A stretch of 42,380 nt of DNA from assembly GCF_001194135.2 (NCBI RefSeq), contig NC_068990.1:54063801-54106180 (forward strand). Direction: 5' to 3'. This document shows positions 26,913-38,511 of the stretch, in pieces. A program made the position numbers and the translations under genes. Each line of letters opens with the position of its first letter. Position 1 is the first letter of the stretch. The stretch comes from Octopus bimaculoides (taxonomy: Eukaryota). A model generated the notes under the pieces. That model saw only the letters and a program-made list of their open reading frames with translations, did no database searches and was not told the DNA's origin.

Positions 26913-26973
26913 CTAATGCAATACGCGTCTCAGCTTCCCTCACATGTTCTGCAATTTCTGTAGGGTTGGTCAC
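26913..26973 (-). CDS. LYRM1: LYRM1 second coding exon (61 nt)
   Basis: cttcattacCAG|GTG ACC AAC CCT ACA GAA ATT GCA GAA CAT GTG AGG GAA GCT GAG ACG CGT ATT GCA TTA G|GTAAGC gives VTNPTEIAEHVREAETRIAL. It is in phase with the previous exon and matches the LYRM1 'E-x-x-x-RI' helix. Confidence 0.92.
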
Positions 26974-28094
26974 CTGGTAATGAAGTAACAAATAATCAGA
27001 GTGAAATATGCTATCAGTGAATGGAAATCAATAGTCAATCATTTCAAATAAAGACAAAAGATTAATGGTGTCTAAAATATAGATCATTAGTCAACAGTTT
27101 TCTGCGAAAAGCTGCTAAAGATCTTCAGAAAAGTCAAGTGAAATTAGCCGAGTTCAGTTTCATTTATTGCTGATTCAATACAATTGTGATTAAAAGTATT
27201 CCAACCATGACCACTATGCCTAAGTTCAAACTTTGGTGTATCTAACACTACATTATTCAATTTAATTTTTCCATTTATTTTCAAACTGTAGACAGACAGA
27301 AAGCACATGTATGCGTGCATCATCATCATCCTTTAATGTCCATGTTCTATGGAAGCATGTCTGTGTGAGTTTTTGGTCATCACTTCTATTTCCATCATTA
27401 CCATATTCAACATTATCATTACCTTCACTATTATTATCATCATCACCATAGTCACCATTATCACTACTAGCACCATCATCACCTTCACCATCCTCATAAT
27501 CACCTTTTATTTCCATTTACCAATGAGCTGCTCTCATTATCTCAATAGAGCCATCTCCTGTACCAGTTATATATCACGACACTGAGGCAAACTGGGAATT
27601 TCATGTGGTATATGAATCATTCGGGTACCACATTAAATCCTCAGTTTTACATCAAGAGACTGACGATAGCCAGGTGGAGCAAAAAGAATAAAACAAACTA
27701 ATAATAGAAAGGGTTCGGATCTAGAGAAGATCTAACTTTGTATTTTTTTCAGATATTATTATTATTATTTCTAATTTCATCACAAAAACCTGATAATTAA
27801 TTAAAAACGGAACAGTTTACTTCCGCAACCTGATTGACATCAATCGAATAGCAGTTTCACATTAGGTCAGCATGACCCGAAATAATAGGCTTAACAATTT
27901 AAGGGGAACGACTCTGAAAAATATTTCATTTAGAGTTATTCCCCCTCAAAGTTTTATTGTATAACTACTGGTATAACGATTTCAGATTACCTCCCATCCA
28001 CATATACCCCCTACCCACCCACCATCAAAGTGATAGCAAATAAGGAGATAATGGGTGAACACATTAAATGTATGTGTTGATGTTTATTATGTAT

Positions 28095-28462
28095 GTGTCT
28101 CGCTCCGGTGCCGGTGGCACATAAAAAGCACCATTTGAGCGCGATCGTTTCCAGCTTTGCCTTACTGGCACTTGTGCCGGTGATAAGTGAACAAAACATT
28201 GGACTGACTCCTGTGCAGGTGGCACGTAAAAAACACCATTTGAGCGTGGCCGTTGCCAGTACCGCCGGACTGGCCCCCGTGCCAGTGGCATGTAAAAAGT
28301 ACCCACTACACTCTCAGAGTGGTTAACATTAGGAAGGGCATCCAGCTGTAGAAACTCTGCCAGATCAGATTGGAGTCTGGTGTAGCCATCTGGTTCGCCA
28401 GTCCCCAGTTAAATCGTCCAACCCATGCTAGCATGGAAAGCGGACGTTAAATGATGATGATG
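28095..28462 (+). mobile_element. RTE-family 3' tail with internal subrepeats
   Basis: Closely similar to 1-306 and ends in (GAT)n. Confidence 0.85.
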
Positions 28463-28567
28463 TGTATGCATAATGTACATTTGTAAATGAAAAAGAAAGT
28501 CAGAGCTTTCATTTAGTTTTCACTTAGTTACTTAAAGCTGAAGAAATTTGAAAGAAGCATATCCAGA

Positions 28568-28752
28568 ATGGCTACTTTTAGTACACAAGACAAAGCTGAC
28601 AACAATGATTTTATATTTGATTATGTTGTGAACAACAAATATGGACCTCATATGTCCAAAAACGAAAAGGCAAACTTCGTAGGCTCTATAAACGTTATGT
28701 TGCACGGCGTGGTCAACTCTACTATCATCACTTAATCCATTGCCTGTTTTAA
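28568..28752 (+). pseudogene. GIN1/Ginger-like (Gypsy-type integrase) N-terminal remnant with one frameshift
   Basis: MATFSTQDKADNNDFIFDYVVNNKYGPHMSKNEKANF, then a frameshift near 28677, then RRLYKRYVARRGQLYYHH. This resembles the Y-x-x-x-x-x-Y...E(K/R)-x-x-(F/I)RR-x-x-K-x-(F/Y)...L(F/Y)Y segment preceding the HHCC domain in GIN1/Ginger proteins. Recognised from recall only. Confidence 0.45.
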
Positions 28753-29860
28753 CACCACCATCTGATTGCACTTTGGGTTCTTTTAGCAGAGTCCACTCTG
28801 TTGTAAATATTCAAACTAGATCACTTGTTTAAGAACACCGTCTCTTCTCTCCTCCCTCCCTCCCTCCCANNNNNNNNNNNNNNNNNNNNNNNNNNNNNNN
28901 NNNNNNNNNNNNNNNNNNNNNNNNNNNNNNNNNNNNNNNNNNNNNNNNNNNNNNNNNNNNNNNNNNNNNNNNNNNCCCTCCCACGAAACTGAAGAGGCCC
29001 TATAAGTGGTCATGGATACTGTCTTCTCTTCTGATTAAAATATTAAAGAAAAGATAATGTCACATATGGTGTATATGTCTACATTTTAAGAACATATGCA
29101 ATGCCTTATTGACTGTGATAACTTCAAATCCCATCAGTCATATGAATGTTACAACATCCCATTTCTTTCCACTAGTAAAATCCCATGTTTTAAACGATGA
29201 GGAAGATAATTACTAAGATGAGATGAGTCCATTAAAACCCCAAGCATCACATCAAAAATTCAGACCTCATATGACAACTCAGATGGAAATATTTTCACAA
29301 AACAAACCTAGAATTCAGTTTCAGTTTAGGATTCAAATTGTTTATATTTATAAGAATATATTTAGAAAGGGTTGAATGCTACTACATGTCATCGGTTGTT
29401 TTCTAGAAATTTTAGGCTTTATGTCTAAGATAATCATCATCATCATCATTGCTTTAATGTCCATTTTTCTATGCTAGCATGATATCTGATGGAATCTGTA
29501 GTCTGTCTGGATGCTCTTCCTGTTGCTAACCCTCACATGTTTCCAAGAAAGGTTTCCCCAAGGTTTTCATGAAAGATTGAAAATGAAGGACACTATTTGT
29601 TTGACAGTGACACTCATTTACAACTATTAAATGCTGTCAAGACAACAAAACACCCATCCACCTATAAACACATACATTGTCATTCTTTCAATTTCTGTCT
29701 ACTAAATCTGTGACCTACCTAATGTGCAACATAGTAGAACTGAACTCAAAAACACATGCTCTTAACCGAACAGCCAGAAATCATTATTGTTACGAAAATG
29801 AGGACAAAGAAGAAGGTACAGATACTAAACACAAAATTTCCTACCATTACTATGCTTCTA

Positions 29861-30075
29861 AGGCATAGAACTGGCAGAATCATTAGCACACCAGGCAAAA
29901 TGCTTAGCAGCATTTTGTCCAGCTTTAGGTTCCAAGCTCAAATTCTGCCAAGGCTGACTTTGCCTTTTATCCTTTAAGACTTGATAGAATAAGTGCCAGT
30001 TGAGTACTAGGGTTGGTGTAATTGACTAACCTCTCGCCTGAAATTGCTGGCTTCAAGCTAACATTTCAAACCAAT
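29861..30075 (+). mobile_element. tRNA-derived SINE, second family
   Basis: gaactggcagaatcattagcac...gactttgccttt...gataga ataagt...ctagggttggtgtaattgact. Confidence 0.75.
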
Positions 30076-30149
30076 AATATATTTCTGACTTCAAATCTAC
30101 ATGGGTTTGACAAAATCCATATTTAACTATAGCCACAATAACCCCCATC

Positions 30150-30930
30150 ACACTTTTCCTTTCAAATGAATTTGTTGTGTCACAAAATTTATATCGTTGG
30201 TGGCTAATGAGGTTGATTCTTGCATAGAAGCATCTGTTGCAAAGTTCACAAGGGATCTGTGGTGGAGGCTTTGGTTGTTGCAGCCTCCATTTTCTTTCTT
30301 GTCATTTCTCTTCCTCTTTCCCCTGTCGTTCAGCTTCAAAATGGTCTGTTACAGTGGAGATGGAATGATGCAATCCGGGCCTGTCCTGAGCTTCAATGCC
30401 CCAGGTTTTGGGATCAATTCCAGTCATTTTTAGGCTTTGCTTCAGCTGATCCTTGTATCAACAGAGGGGACGGCCACAGAGTCTTCTTGCAGTGGAAAGT
30501 TCACCATATAAAATTTGATGCGACAGCTTGCTTTCTTTCATTCTTGCTACGTGGCCACCCATCTCAGACAATGTCTCAGGATGGTAGCCTCGATGCTGCT
30601 GCTATTCGTTCTCTCCAAAACGAAAGCATTGGTCACATAGTCATTCTATTTGATATTTATAATAGAGCGGAATTTCTGTTGGTGAAATTGCTCTAGTTTT
30701 TTTATGTCATTTCAGTAAAGAGTCCAGGTCTCACAACCATAGAGGGGAGTGGAGATCATAACTGCTTGGTAGACAATTTTGTTTTGTGGTTCAGATCTTT
30801 GTTCTGAAAGACCCTTTTTGCAAGTCCACCAAACACAGTGTGAGCCACTCTTAATCAGTTTTCCATATCCTCTTCCAATGTGCACTTATTCAAAAGCAAA
30901 CTTGATCCAACAAAATCTATATATTTTGTT
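30150..30930 (-). mobile_element. RTE LINE 3' fragment with a C-terminal zinc-finger-like motif
   Basis: The minus strand reads, with stops and shifts, VYQAVMISTPLYGCETWTLY*NDIKKLEQFHQQ...LRW-GHVARM...ILYGEL...GRP...YKDQLKQSLK...CELCNRCFYARINLISHQR. Confidence 0.92.
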
Positions 30931-31029
30931 GTTTATTTAACTGTATTTTCTGAGAAAATACAGTTTGCAACTGAGTTGTAATTCTCAATCACAGTTTAAG
31001 TAGTTGATTTAATTGCTGGTTTTCATGTT

Positions 31030-31943
31030 AAGGTGGTATCAAAAAGTCCCCAGACTAGTTATGTTTAATAAAAAAATAACTTACTTACCTAAGTTTTAAC
31101 ATCATTTCCTTTGAAATAGTCACCTTGTGCAGCAATACACCAGTCCCAGAGTTTCTGCCACTTTTGGAATTTGGCCTGGAAGTCATTTTCGGTAAGTGAG
31201 TTGAGGACCTTCTGCAATTCACTCTGGATCTCAACAACAGTGTAAAAACAGCGACCATTGAGCTGCATTTTTATTTTGGTGTAGAGATGGGAGTCTGCAG
31301 GTGCTAAATCTGGCAAATAGGGCGGGTGCAGAAGTGATACCATGTTGTTTTGGGCAAGAAACTCACAAGTTAGGAGAGCTCAGTGACAGGGTGCATTGTT
31401 GTCAGGAAGAATCCAAGTCTTTGTGTTCCTCACATCCAGTCACTTTCGCTGAATGTCTTTCCTCAAATGCTTCAAAATGTCATTGATTATTCTCCAATGG
31501 TCCTCATGCACAAGCTGATGAATTTTCTCAACATTTTTGCAGTGATGTTTGTGACAGGTCTTTCAGATCACTCATCATCTTCCAGGGATCTTCATGCTTT
31601 TGAAGTATCCATGCTACTTAAAACATTGCATACAACCCATTGCTTCATCACTATAAGCTTACTGAAGCATGCTCAATGTTTCTGTAGCAGACTTTCCAAG
31701 TTCAACATAAAATTTCACGTTGGTTCCTTGTTCCAACTTCCTGTCCATGACAAAAATTGCAGACTACAGCAAACACATGATCCCAAAAACACAAATTTCA
31801 CAACTTGCAAAGTGAAAACAGCAATGTCACTTGATACACTGCCTCATGAAGGTCACTACTAGCTCTCACTGCACATGCAACCATGTGGTGCCATTTGTTG
31901 ATGAACTACAGAACTAGTCCTGGAACTCTTTGATATCACCTCG
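31030..31943 (-). mobile_element. Mariner copy C (both TIRs, internally deleted)
   Basis: TIRs ..aggtggtatcaaaaagtccccagactagt and actagtcctggaactctttgatatcacctcg|TA. ORF 31089-31343 contains HPPYLPDLAPADSHLY. Confidence 0.93.
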
Positions 31944-34109
31944 TATTATATCTGTAAATTTTTGTTTGTCAACAAATTTGTTGGAAGAATGTGTGGAGTA
32001 AAAAGTTCAACATTTTGAAAAACTGGTAAAGATTAGCAACAGGAAGAGCACCCAGATGTAAAACAATGCTTAATAGGATATTTATTTCATATGATAGAGT
32101 CAGTTGTTTATAACAATCCACAATCAAAGATATTTTTCAACCAGTGGTCAGTTTAATTGAATTCAAGAATAACAGAAGTAATGATTTACAGCAAAATCTT
32201 GGGAGTGGATTTGGTAGACAGAATCTGAAAGAAGCCTCTTGTGTGTGTGTGCGTGTGTGTGCACGCACGCGCGTCTTGATATTCCCCAGTAGTTGTAAAT
32301 GAGTGTCACCGTCATATAAGTGGTACCCTTTATTTCCAATCTTCCACGAAAACATGTCTAGCCGGAAGTATTTATTATTATCCTATGTGGAAACAGGGAG
32401 GGCATCTGGCCATACAAAATCTCCTTCAAAGAAATATGCTTGATCCATGCAAACATGTAAAATGTCAACATTAAGACGATAAATATCATAATCACCATCA
32501 TTAGCATGGACATTAAACATAATCATCTCCCTAACTCTTAATGGTTCACCACTGATGCACTTACACGATAGTTACCAATTCTTATTTCTTCTTTTAAATA
32601 GGTTTCATACTTTTTACAGATATTTTAGTTTGTCGAGCTAAAGCTACCAAATTATGTCCCTTCTTACAAGTTACTTCCCTTTACTAATTTAACACACCCT
32701 TTCTTTTCCTTAAGCATGTAAATTAATTTTATTAAAAAAATTGTATAGTTATTAAAACTATCTCCCCTTTACTTCAAAACTCACCAGCAGTTGCCGCTAG
32801 ATTTTTGATTTCCTTCTCCAGCTAAGAGAGAAAATTTCAATAAATTGAGAATATTTTGTATATAGCATTATTCAGTACATCACATTTTAGTTTATATATC
32901 TTTTAGCATCTTGCATCTTCACCCTACAAATTTATCTTATGCTGTTTATATATCTTTCAGTACATCACAACTTCTATATCTCGCCCTGTCATATCTGACT
33001 TTTACTTGCCAACCTTTCCTCCAATTGCATACAAAGTTAATCCAATGTAATTCTAAATTTATAAGTAAAACTAAAATACGATTGAAAGGTAAACAATTAA
33101 GTGAAACAGTTCCAGCTTAGAATCAAAACCAATTTGTTGAGAACTTTATAGAAAGGTTCATTTTATGTATGTTTTTTGTCCAAATTTCTACAAGAAGTTT
33201 CATTCCTTTTCAATGATCTATTTGGACCAGTATTCTCATCTTGGTTATTAGAACCACAATGATTCTACCAATTTTGTACATTGTTGGCATCATTCTTCAA
33301 GGACTTGCCAGTAAGGGAATATTGAACCAGATCTTAAGGGCACATTGTTCCCATTCTGCTGTCCATACCTGTATTAGTTATTCTTGTATAAGTTGTTCTC
33401 ATACCCATGTTCCACTTAAAACTAGAGTACATACACAGATACACTTCCCCAGGTATTGAACTCACTACAACACTCAACACTGCTTCTATTTATTCTATTA
33501 TTGTTCTGTGGGAGAACAAAGCCCACAGCCATCACTCACAGACAAGTATGACTGGGTAACATGTACCATGCTTTGTAGTCAGGAACAGACATAGATACTC
33601 TCATGGACCTCCTACCTCATGACTCAATGGAATATTGAGGATGTAACAACAGCCCAAGGAAACTAGAGTGGCACTATCAGCTGGTTTGTTGGTTGGTCAG
33701 TACCCATTTCAAGATAAATAGACAGAAGTAATGTGAAATGAAGTACCTTGCTCAACACAACATGCTGCCCAGTCCAGGAATTGAACCCATGACCACACAA
33801 CCATGAAAAGGTTATAAATTATGGTGCGTGTTTCTTTGCTTTGAAACTGAAGAATTATGTTCAAGGAAGTAGCAATTTCAGACTGTATTATTTTATCAAT
33901 GATGAAGGGGAAGTATTATCTTGATTAAGTATATGAAATTAAGAATAAATAGGCATAAAAGCACCCAGTACACTCTCTTGGCATTAGAGAGGGTATCCAA
34001 CTGTACAAAAAAATTGTCAAAGTCTAGATGGAATCTAGTGGAGCCCTCTGATCATCTGTTCTTGTGAAACTGTCCAACCCATACCAGCATGGAAAAAGGT
34101 GCATGTTTA

Positions 34110-34385
34110 GTCCACTGCATGACAAACACCTCAGCATGTTCTCTCCACCAACGAGTCTGATATTTTGCTCATCCATGTTTGGGTGCCAAAGAAGTTAACA
34201 AAGTCTTCTTTCCAATTTCTACACAGTCTTCTCCTCCATCTTTTTTTTTTTCTGTACATGGTGTTCACTCTGTCAATTTGCTTTTCCATCTATTATTCTT
34301 TTTTCTAAACATATGTCCTGCATAGAACCATTTCAGAGTTTTAATTTTCCATATAATATCCATTAAACCTGTCGCCACTTTTATA
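34110..34385 (-). mobile_element. RTE-clade LINE 3' fragment (a different family)
   Basis: IKTLKWFYAGHMFRKKNNRWKSKLTE*TP...NWKEDF...W...EHAEVFVMQW. Confidence 0.7.
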
Positions 34386-34436
34386 CATAAATGAAATCAT
34401 ACATATACATGTATATCCACAGGTATTATACATCAT

Positions 34437-34715
34437 CATCATCATCTGTTTTCAATGCTGGTATGAGTTGGACAATTTGATCTGAGCTGGCAAGCTGGAG
34501 AGCTGCACCAGGTTCCAGTCTGATTTGACTTAGTTTCTATGTCTAGATGCCCTTTCTAATGTCAACCACTTTACAGAGTGTGCTGGGTGCTTTTTACATT
34601 GGACCAGCAATGGTGCTTTTTATGTGGCACCAGCACTGGTGCTTCTTTGGAACTGGCATGGGTGCTTTTTACATGATACTGGCACAGGTGCTTTTTATGT
34701 GGCACAAGCACTGAT
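34437..34715 (-). mobile_element. RTE-family 3' tail with a roughly 26-bp tandem expansion
   Basis: Reverse complement of the family tail, with five ggtgctt(t) units at about 34587-34710. Confidence 0.75.
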
Positions 34716-35020
34716 GATTTTTACATAATTTTACAAACACATGCATACATATACACTCATACACATATATACACATACATGATGGACCCACTCTTGCATA
34801 TGCGCATTCATCAAGCCACATGAAAAGTATGTACAAGCACACACATACACATATGGTTACTGACATATAAAAAAATATATATATAGGAATTGAAGATGAA
34901 GGAGAATAAGTACATGCACAAGAGATAGGTGGCACATGTGTATGCAGTGATATAAGGATATATAGAGAGAAACAGAAATATATGGATACATACATATATA
35001 TATATATATCTATATATATT

Positions 35021-35058
<38 letters not shown>

Positions 35059-35074
35059 TGTATACATATACATA

Positions 35075-35132
<58 letters not shown>

Positions 35133-35135
<3 letters not shown>

Positions 35136-35480
35136 TCATCATTTAACGTCCGCCTTCCATGCTGGCATGGGTTCGACGATTTGACTGAGGACTGGTGAAC
35201 CAAATGGCTGCACCAGGCTCCAATCTGATCTGGCAGAGTTTCTACAGCTGGATGCCCTTCCTAACGCCAACCACTCTGAGAGTACTGGCAGTACTGGCAA
35301 CGGCCATGCTCAAAATGGTGTTTTTTACATGCCACCTGCACAGGAGCCAGTCCAGCGGCACTGGTAACGATCACGCTCAAATGGTACTATTTACGTGCTA
35401 CTGGCACGGAAGCCAGACAGCTGCTCTGGCAATGATCACACTCGGATGGTGCTCTTAGCGCTCCACTGGCACAGGTGCCA
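35133..35480 (-). mobile_element. RTE-family 3' tail
   Basis: Reverse complement of the 1-306 type tail, starting at (tca)n. Confidence 0.88.
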
Positions 35481-35983
35481 TCTGAGAGAAAAGTTGAGCA
35501 TAAGAGGCAGCAGATGTGGTGTACAAGAGAGACTGTGCTGATATGGTCATGTGATGGGTATAGATGAGGACAGCTGTTTAAAGAAGTGCTGATCTCTAAC
35601 TGTGGAGGGAACCTGTGGAAGAGGTAAACCCAGGAAGACATGGGACTAGGTGGTGAAGCATGATCTTCAACCATGGGCCTCACAGAGGCAATAACTAGTG
35701 ACCGAGACCTTTGGCAATATGCCATGCTTGAGAAGACTCATCAAGCCAAATAAAATCGTAGTTGAGGCCAATGCCAGTCTGACGTAACTGGCACCCATGC
35801 TGGTGGTATGTAAAAAGCACCCATTACATTCATGGAGTTTTTGGTGTTAGGAAGGACATCCAGCTGTAGAAACCATGCCAAATTAGACTGAAGTCTGATG
35901 CAGCCCCTCAGCTTACCAGCTCTGGTTAAACTGTCCAACCCATGCCAGCAAGGATAACGGACGTTAAATGATGATGATGATGA
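35481..35983 (+). mobile_element. 5'-truncated RTE LINE running from coding 3' end through the full tail
   Basis: LREKL..YGHVM..GRGKPRKTWD remnant, continuous with the 3' tail and (GAT)n. Confidence 0.9.
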
Positions 35984-36002
35984 TACACACACACACACAT
36001 AT

Positions 36003-36305
36003 TTCGGAGGAAACTCAAATTCAAAGTGGCATTCCCCAGGGAGCTGTCCTGGAGCCATAACTGTTTATAATAGCCCTCTTAAACATGCCCTATAATCACT
36101 CGGACAGCTACTATCACTAGCTATGCCAATGATATAAAATTATCACAGGCAATAAAATATCTAAATGACATTACAAGCTTACAATGGGACCTTAATGCAA
36201 TATACAAGTGGGCTGAAGTAAACAACATGCAGTTTGGTGCTGGAAAATTTCAAGCAGTACACTATCAATTCATGAAGGCACCGCAGCCTGCATATACAGG
36301 ACCTA
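36003..36305 (+). mobile_element. CR1-clade LINE reverse transcriptase fragment
   Basis: SGIPQGAVLEP*LFII...SYANDIKL...LQWDLNAIYKWAEVNNMQF..GKFQ, the decayed GVPQGSVLGP and YADD motifs. Confidence 0.8.
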
Positions 36306-36314
36306 AAATAGCTC

Positions 36315-37350
36315 TTCAAAAATAAACCCCTTCTACCTGGCTTTTGTCAACATGGAGAAAACCTTTTATAGAGCCCCCTGCTCCCTTATCTGGCGGCCAA
36401 TGCTAGGGATAGAATAGTGGTTGGTGAGAGTTATACAAGCCATGAGAGCTGTACAAGCCATGTACAAGCCATGTCAGTAAGGTGAAGATTAGCAATGAGT
36501 ATAGTGATGAATTTAGGTTACAAGTAGGGGTTCACTAAGAATCAGTCCTCAGTCCTCTCTTGTTCATCATGGTCCTTCAGGCAATAACAGGAAGTTCAGA
36601 GAGCTCTAACCTCTGTTGATAACAAGGGCCCTTTCTCTCGAAGTGAAGGGTAGATTGTGTGATGCCTGTGTACGAACAGCCACGCTACATGGTGTGTGAC
36701 TGCCAAGCACATTCATAGGTTTGAAAGAAATGAAGCTGGTAAGCTTTGCTGGATGTGTATTGTCAGTGTGCATACACGACAGAGCATAAGTATCTTGAGA
36801 GAAAAGTTGGGCATGGGAGACATCAGATGTGGTGTGCAAGAGAGACAACTGCGTTGGTATGGTCATGTGATGTGTATGGACGAAGACAGCAGTGTGAAGG
36901 AGTGCCAAACTCTAATGGGAGAGGGAACCTATGGAAGGGGTGGACCCAGGAAGACATGGGACAAGGTGGTGAAGTAGAATCTTCAAACGTTGAGCCTCAC
37001 AAGGCAATGACAAGTGAGCGAGACCTTTGACAATATGCCAGGCTTGAGAAGACCTGTCAAGCCAATTGAAATCATAGTCATGGCCAATGCTAGTGTCATG
37101 TAACTAGCACATAAAAAGCACCCTCAGATGTTGGGTGAAATGCTGTGCCTGAGAAGACCTGTCAAGCCAAGTGAAATTGTAGTCATGGCTGATGCCAGTG
37201 TTGTGTAACTGACACTTGTGCTGGTGGCACATAAAAGCACCACTTGGATATTGGGCCTCACATAGGCAGTAACTAGTGACCAAGACTTTTGGCAATATAC
37301 CGTACTTGAGAAGACCTGTCAATCTAAGTGAGATCATAGTCATATCTGAT
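36315..37350 (+). mobile_element. RTE LINE fragment (RT region with internal deletion plus 3' region)
   Basis: FYLAFVNMEKTF, GVH*ESVLSPLLF, then LRWYGHVMCMD...GRGGPRKTWDKVVK (ORF 36696-36977). The 3' UTR start is repeated three times. Confidence 0.92.
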
Positions 37351-37722
37351 GCTTGATTTCTATAAAACTTGGTCTGAAAAGGACTGCAAGATAGCAGGTT
37401 CAATGTCAGTAAACTCATTTCAAGACTTCAGTACATTCATTCCTTGTTTCACCACTCAATGTTGTTCAGATTCCAGAAATAAAGTTCAACAGAATTTTTA
37501 AAAATTGAATTGCTATAAGATTGTTGGTCTTTGATAAACAATAATAAATTCATCAATATCTTCTTATGCTACAAGAGTTCAAAACACACCCAGGGCTTCT
37601 CTGAACTAACAAAGGGACTTCTATATGATCACTTGAATTGCTAAGAATAACAAACTCCCTCATATCACTCCTTAATGTCTTAAAGATATTTTGGAGGGAG
37701 ATACTACACCTGAAAAAAAAAT

Positions 37723-38381
37723 AGGATAGTCACATTTAAAATACTTCTGATAATAGGTCTGCTGGATACAAGCTACTTCAAAGTTAAACAACCCAAAAGT
37801 GTTCTTAATTCAGTGCCACTACATCACTGCAAATTAAAAAAAAACCCACTATCTTATTTAATCCAATATCTAGTTTAACACTACCATCTAGTTCTTGGCT
37901 GCCTTTCATAGAATCAACTCTGTTGCAAGCACTTGGGAATAGGTCTCTAGTTTGAGAATTGTTTCCTCTCTAACTCCCACCAACCAAAGCCCAGCCATCT
38001 TTCTCCTCCTCATCCATCGACCATCAAGCAATTTCTCTCTCTCCAATCAACCAGAGCCAAGCCATCTCTCTGGACTAAAGAATAAACAAAAACCATCTAT
38101 CCTTGATGTGGATGAAGTCACTTATTTAATATTAAATGTTCTGAGAATAAATGATGAAACATTTACAGACCTGAGCTCACAACAAATGAATTATTAATTA
38201 AAACCTAACCCCTTTGAGGGTAGTGTTAAACTAGATATTGGATTAAATAAGATAGTGGGTTTTTTTTTAATTTGCAGTGATGTAGTGGCACTGAATTAAG
38301 AACACTTTTGGGTTGTTTAACTTTGAAGTAACTTGTATCCAGCAGACCTATTATCAGAAGTATTTTAAATGTGACTATCCT
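37723..38381. repeat. 163-bp inverted repeat (arms 37723-37885 and 38219-38381; 333-bp spacer)
   Basis: Arms compared by eye as reverse complements: 162/163 identical, single mismatch agCtac/agTtac, and the same 9-nt A/T run length. Confidence 0.95.
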
Positions 38382-38511
38382 GTTCACCTGGCATTTAAAC
38401 TTTAAGAAAAATAAAACTAAGTTGTTTTTATTTTTAAGCTACATTACATACAGTAGTACTTATTATAATCTTAATTAATCTTCAAATGAATCCTTTCTTT
38501 ACCATACTTAC

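Noticed and set aside
30220-30696. 158-aa plus-strand ORF; also 31383-31862 (159 aa)
   Set aside because: They are antisense shadows of the RTE fragment and mariner copy C.
33180-33368. Minus-strand acceptor-like site taatacAG|gtatggacagc within LYRM1 intron 2
   Set aside because: All frames close quickly and there is no convincing donor.
37723-38381. Interpreting the 163-bp inverted repeat as TIRs of a foldback or Mutator-like element
   Set aside because: There is no TSD, and the left arm begins inside a SINE remnant that extends beyond it, which favours local duplication.
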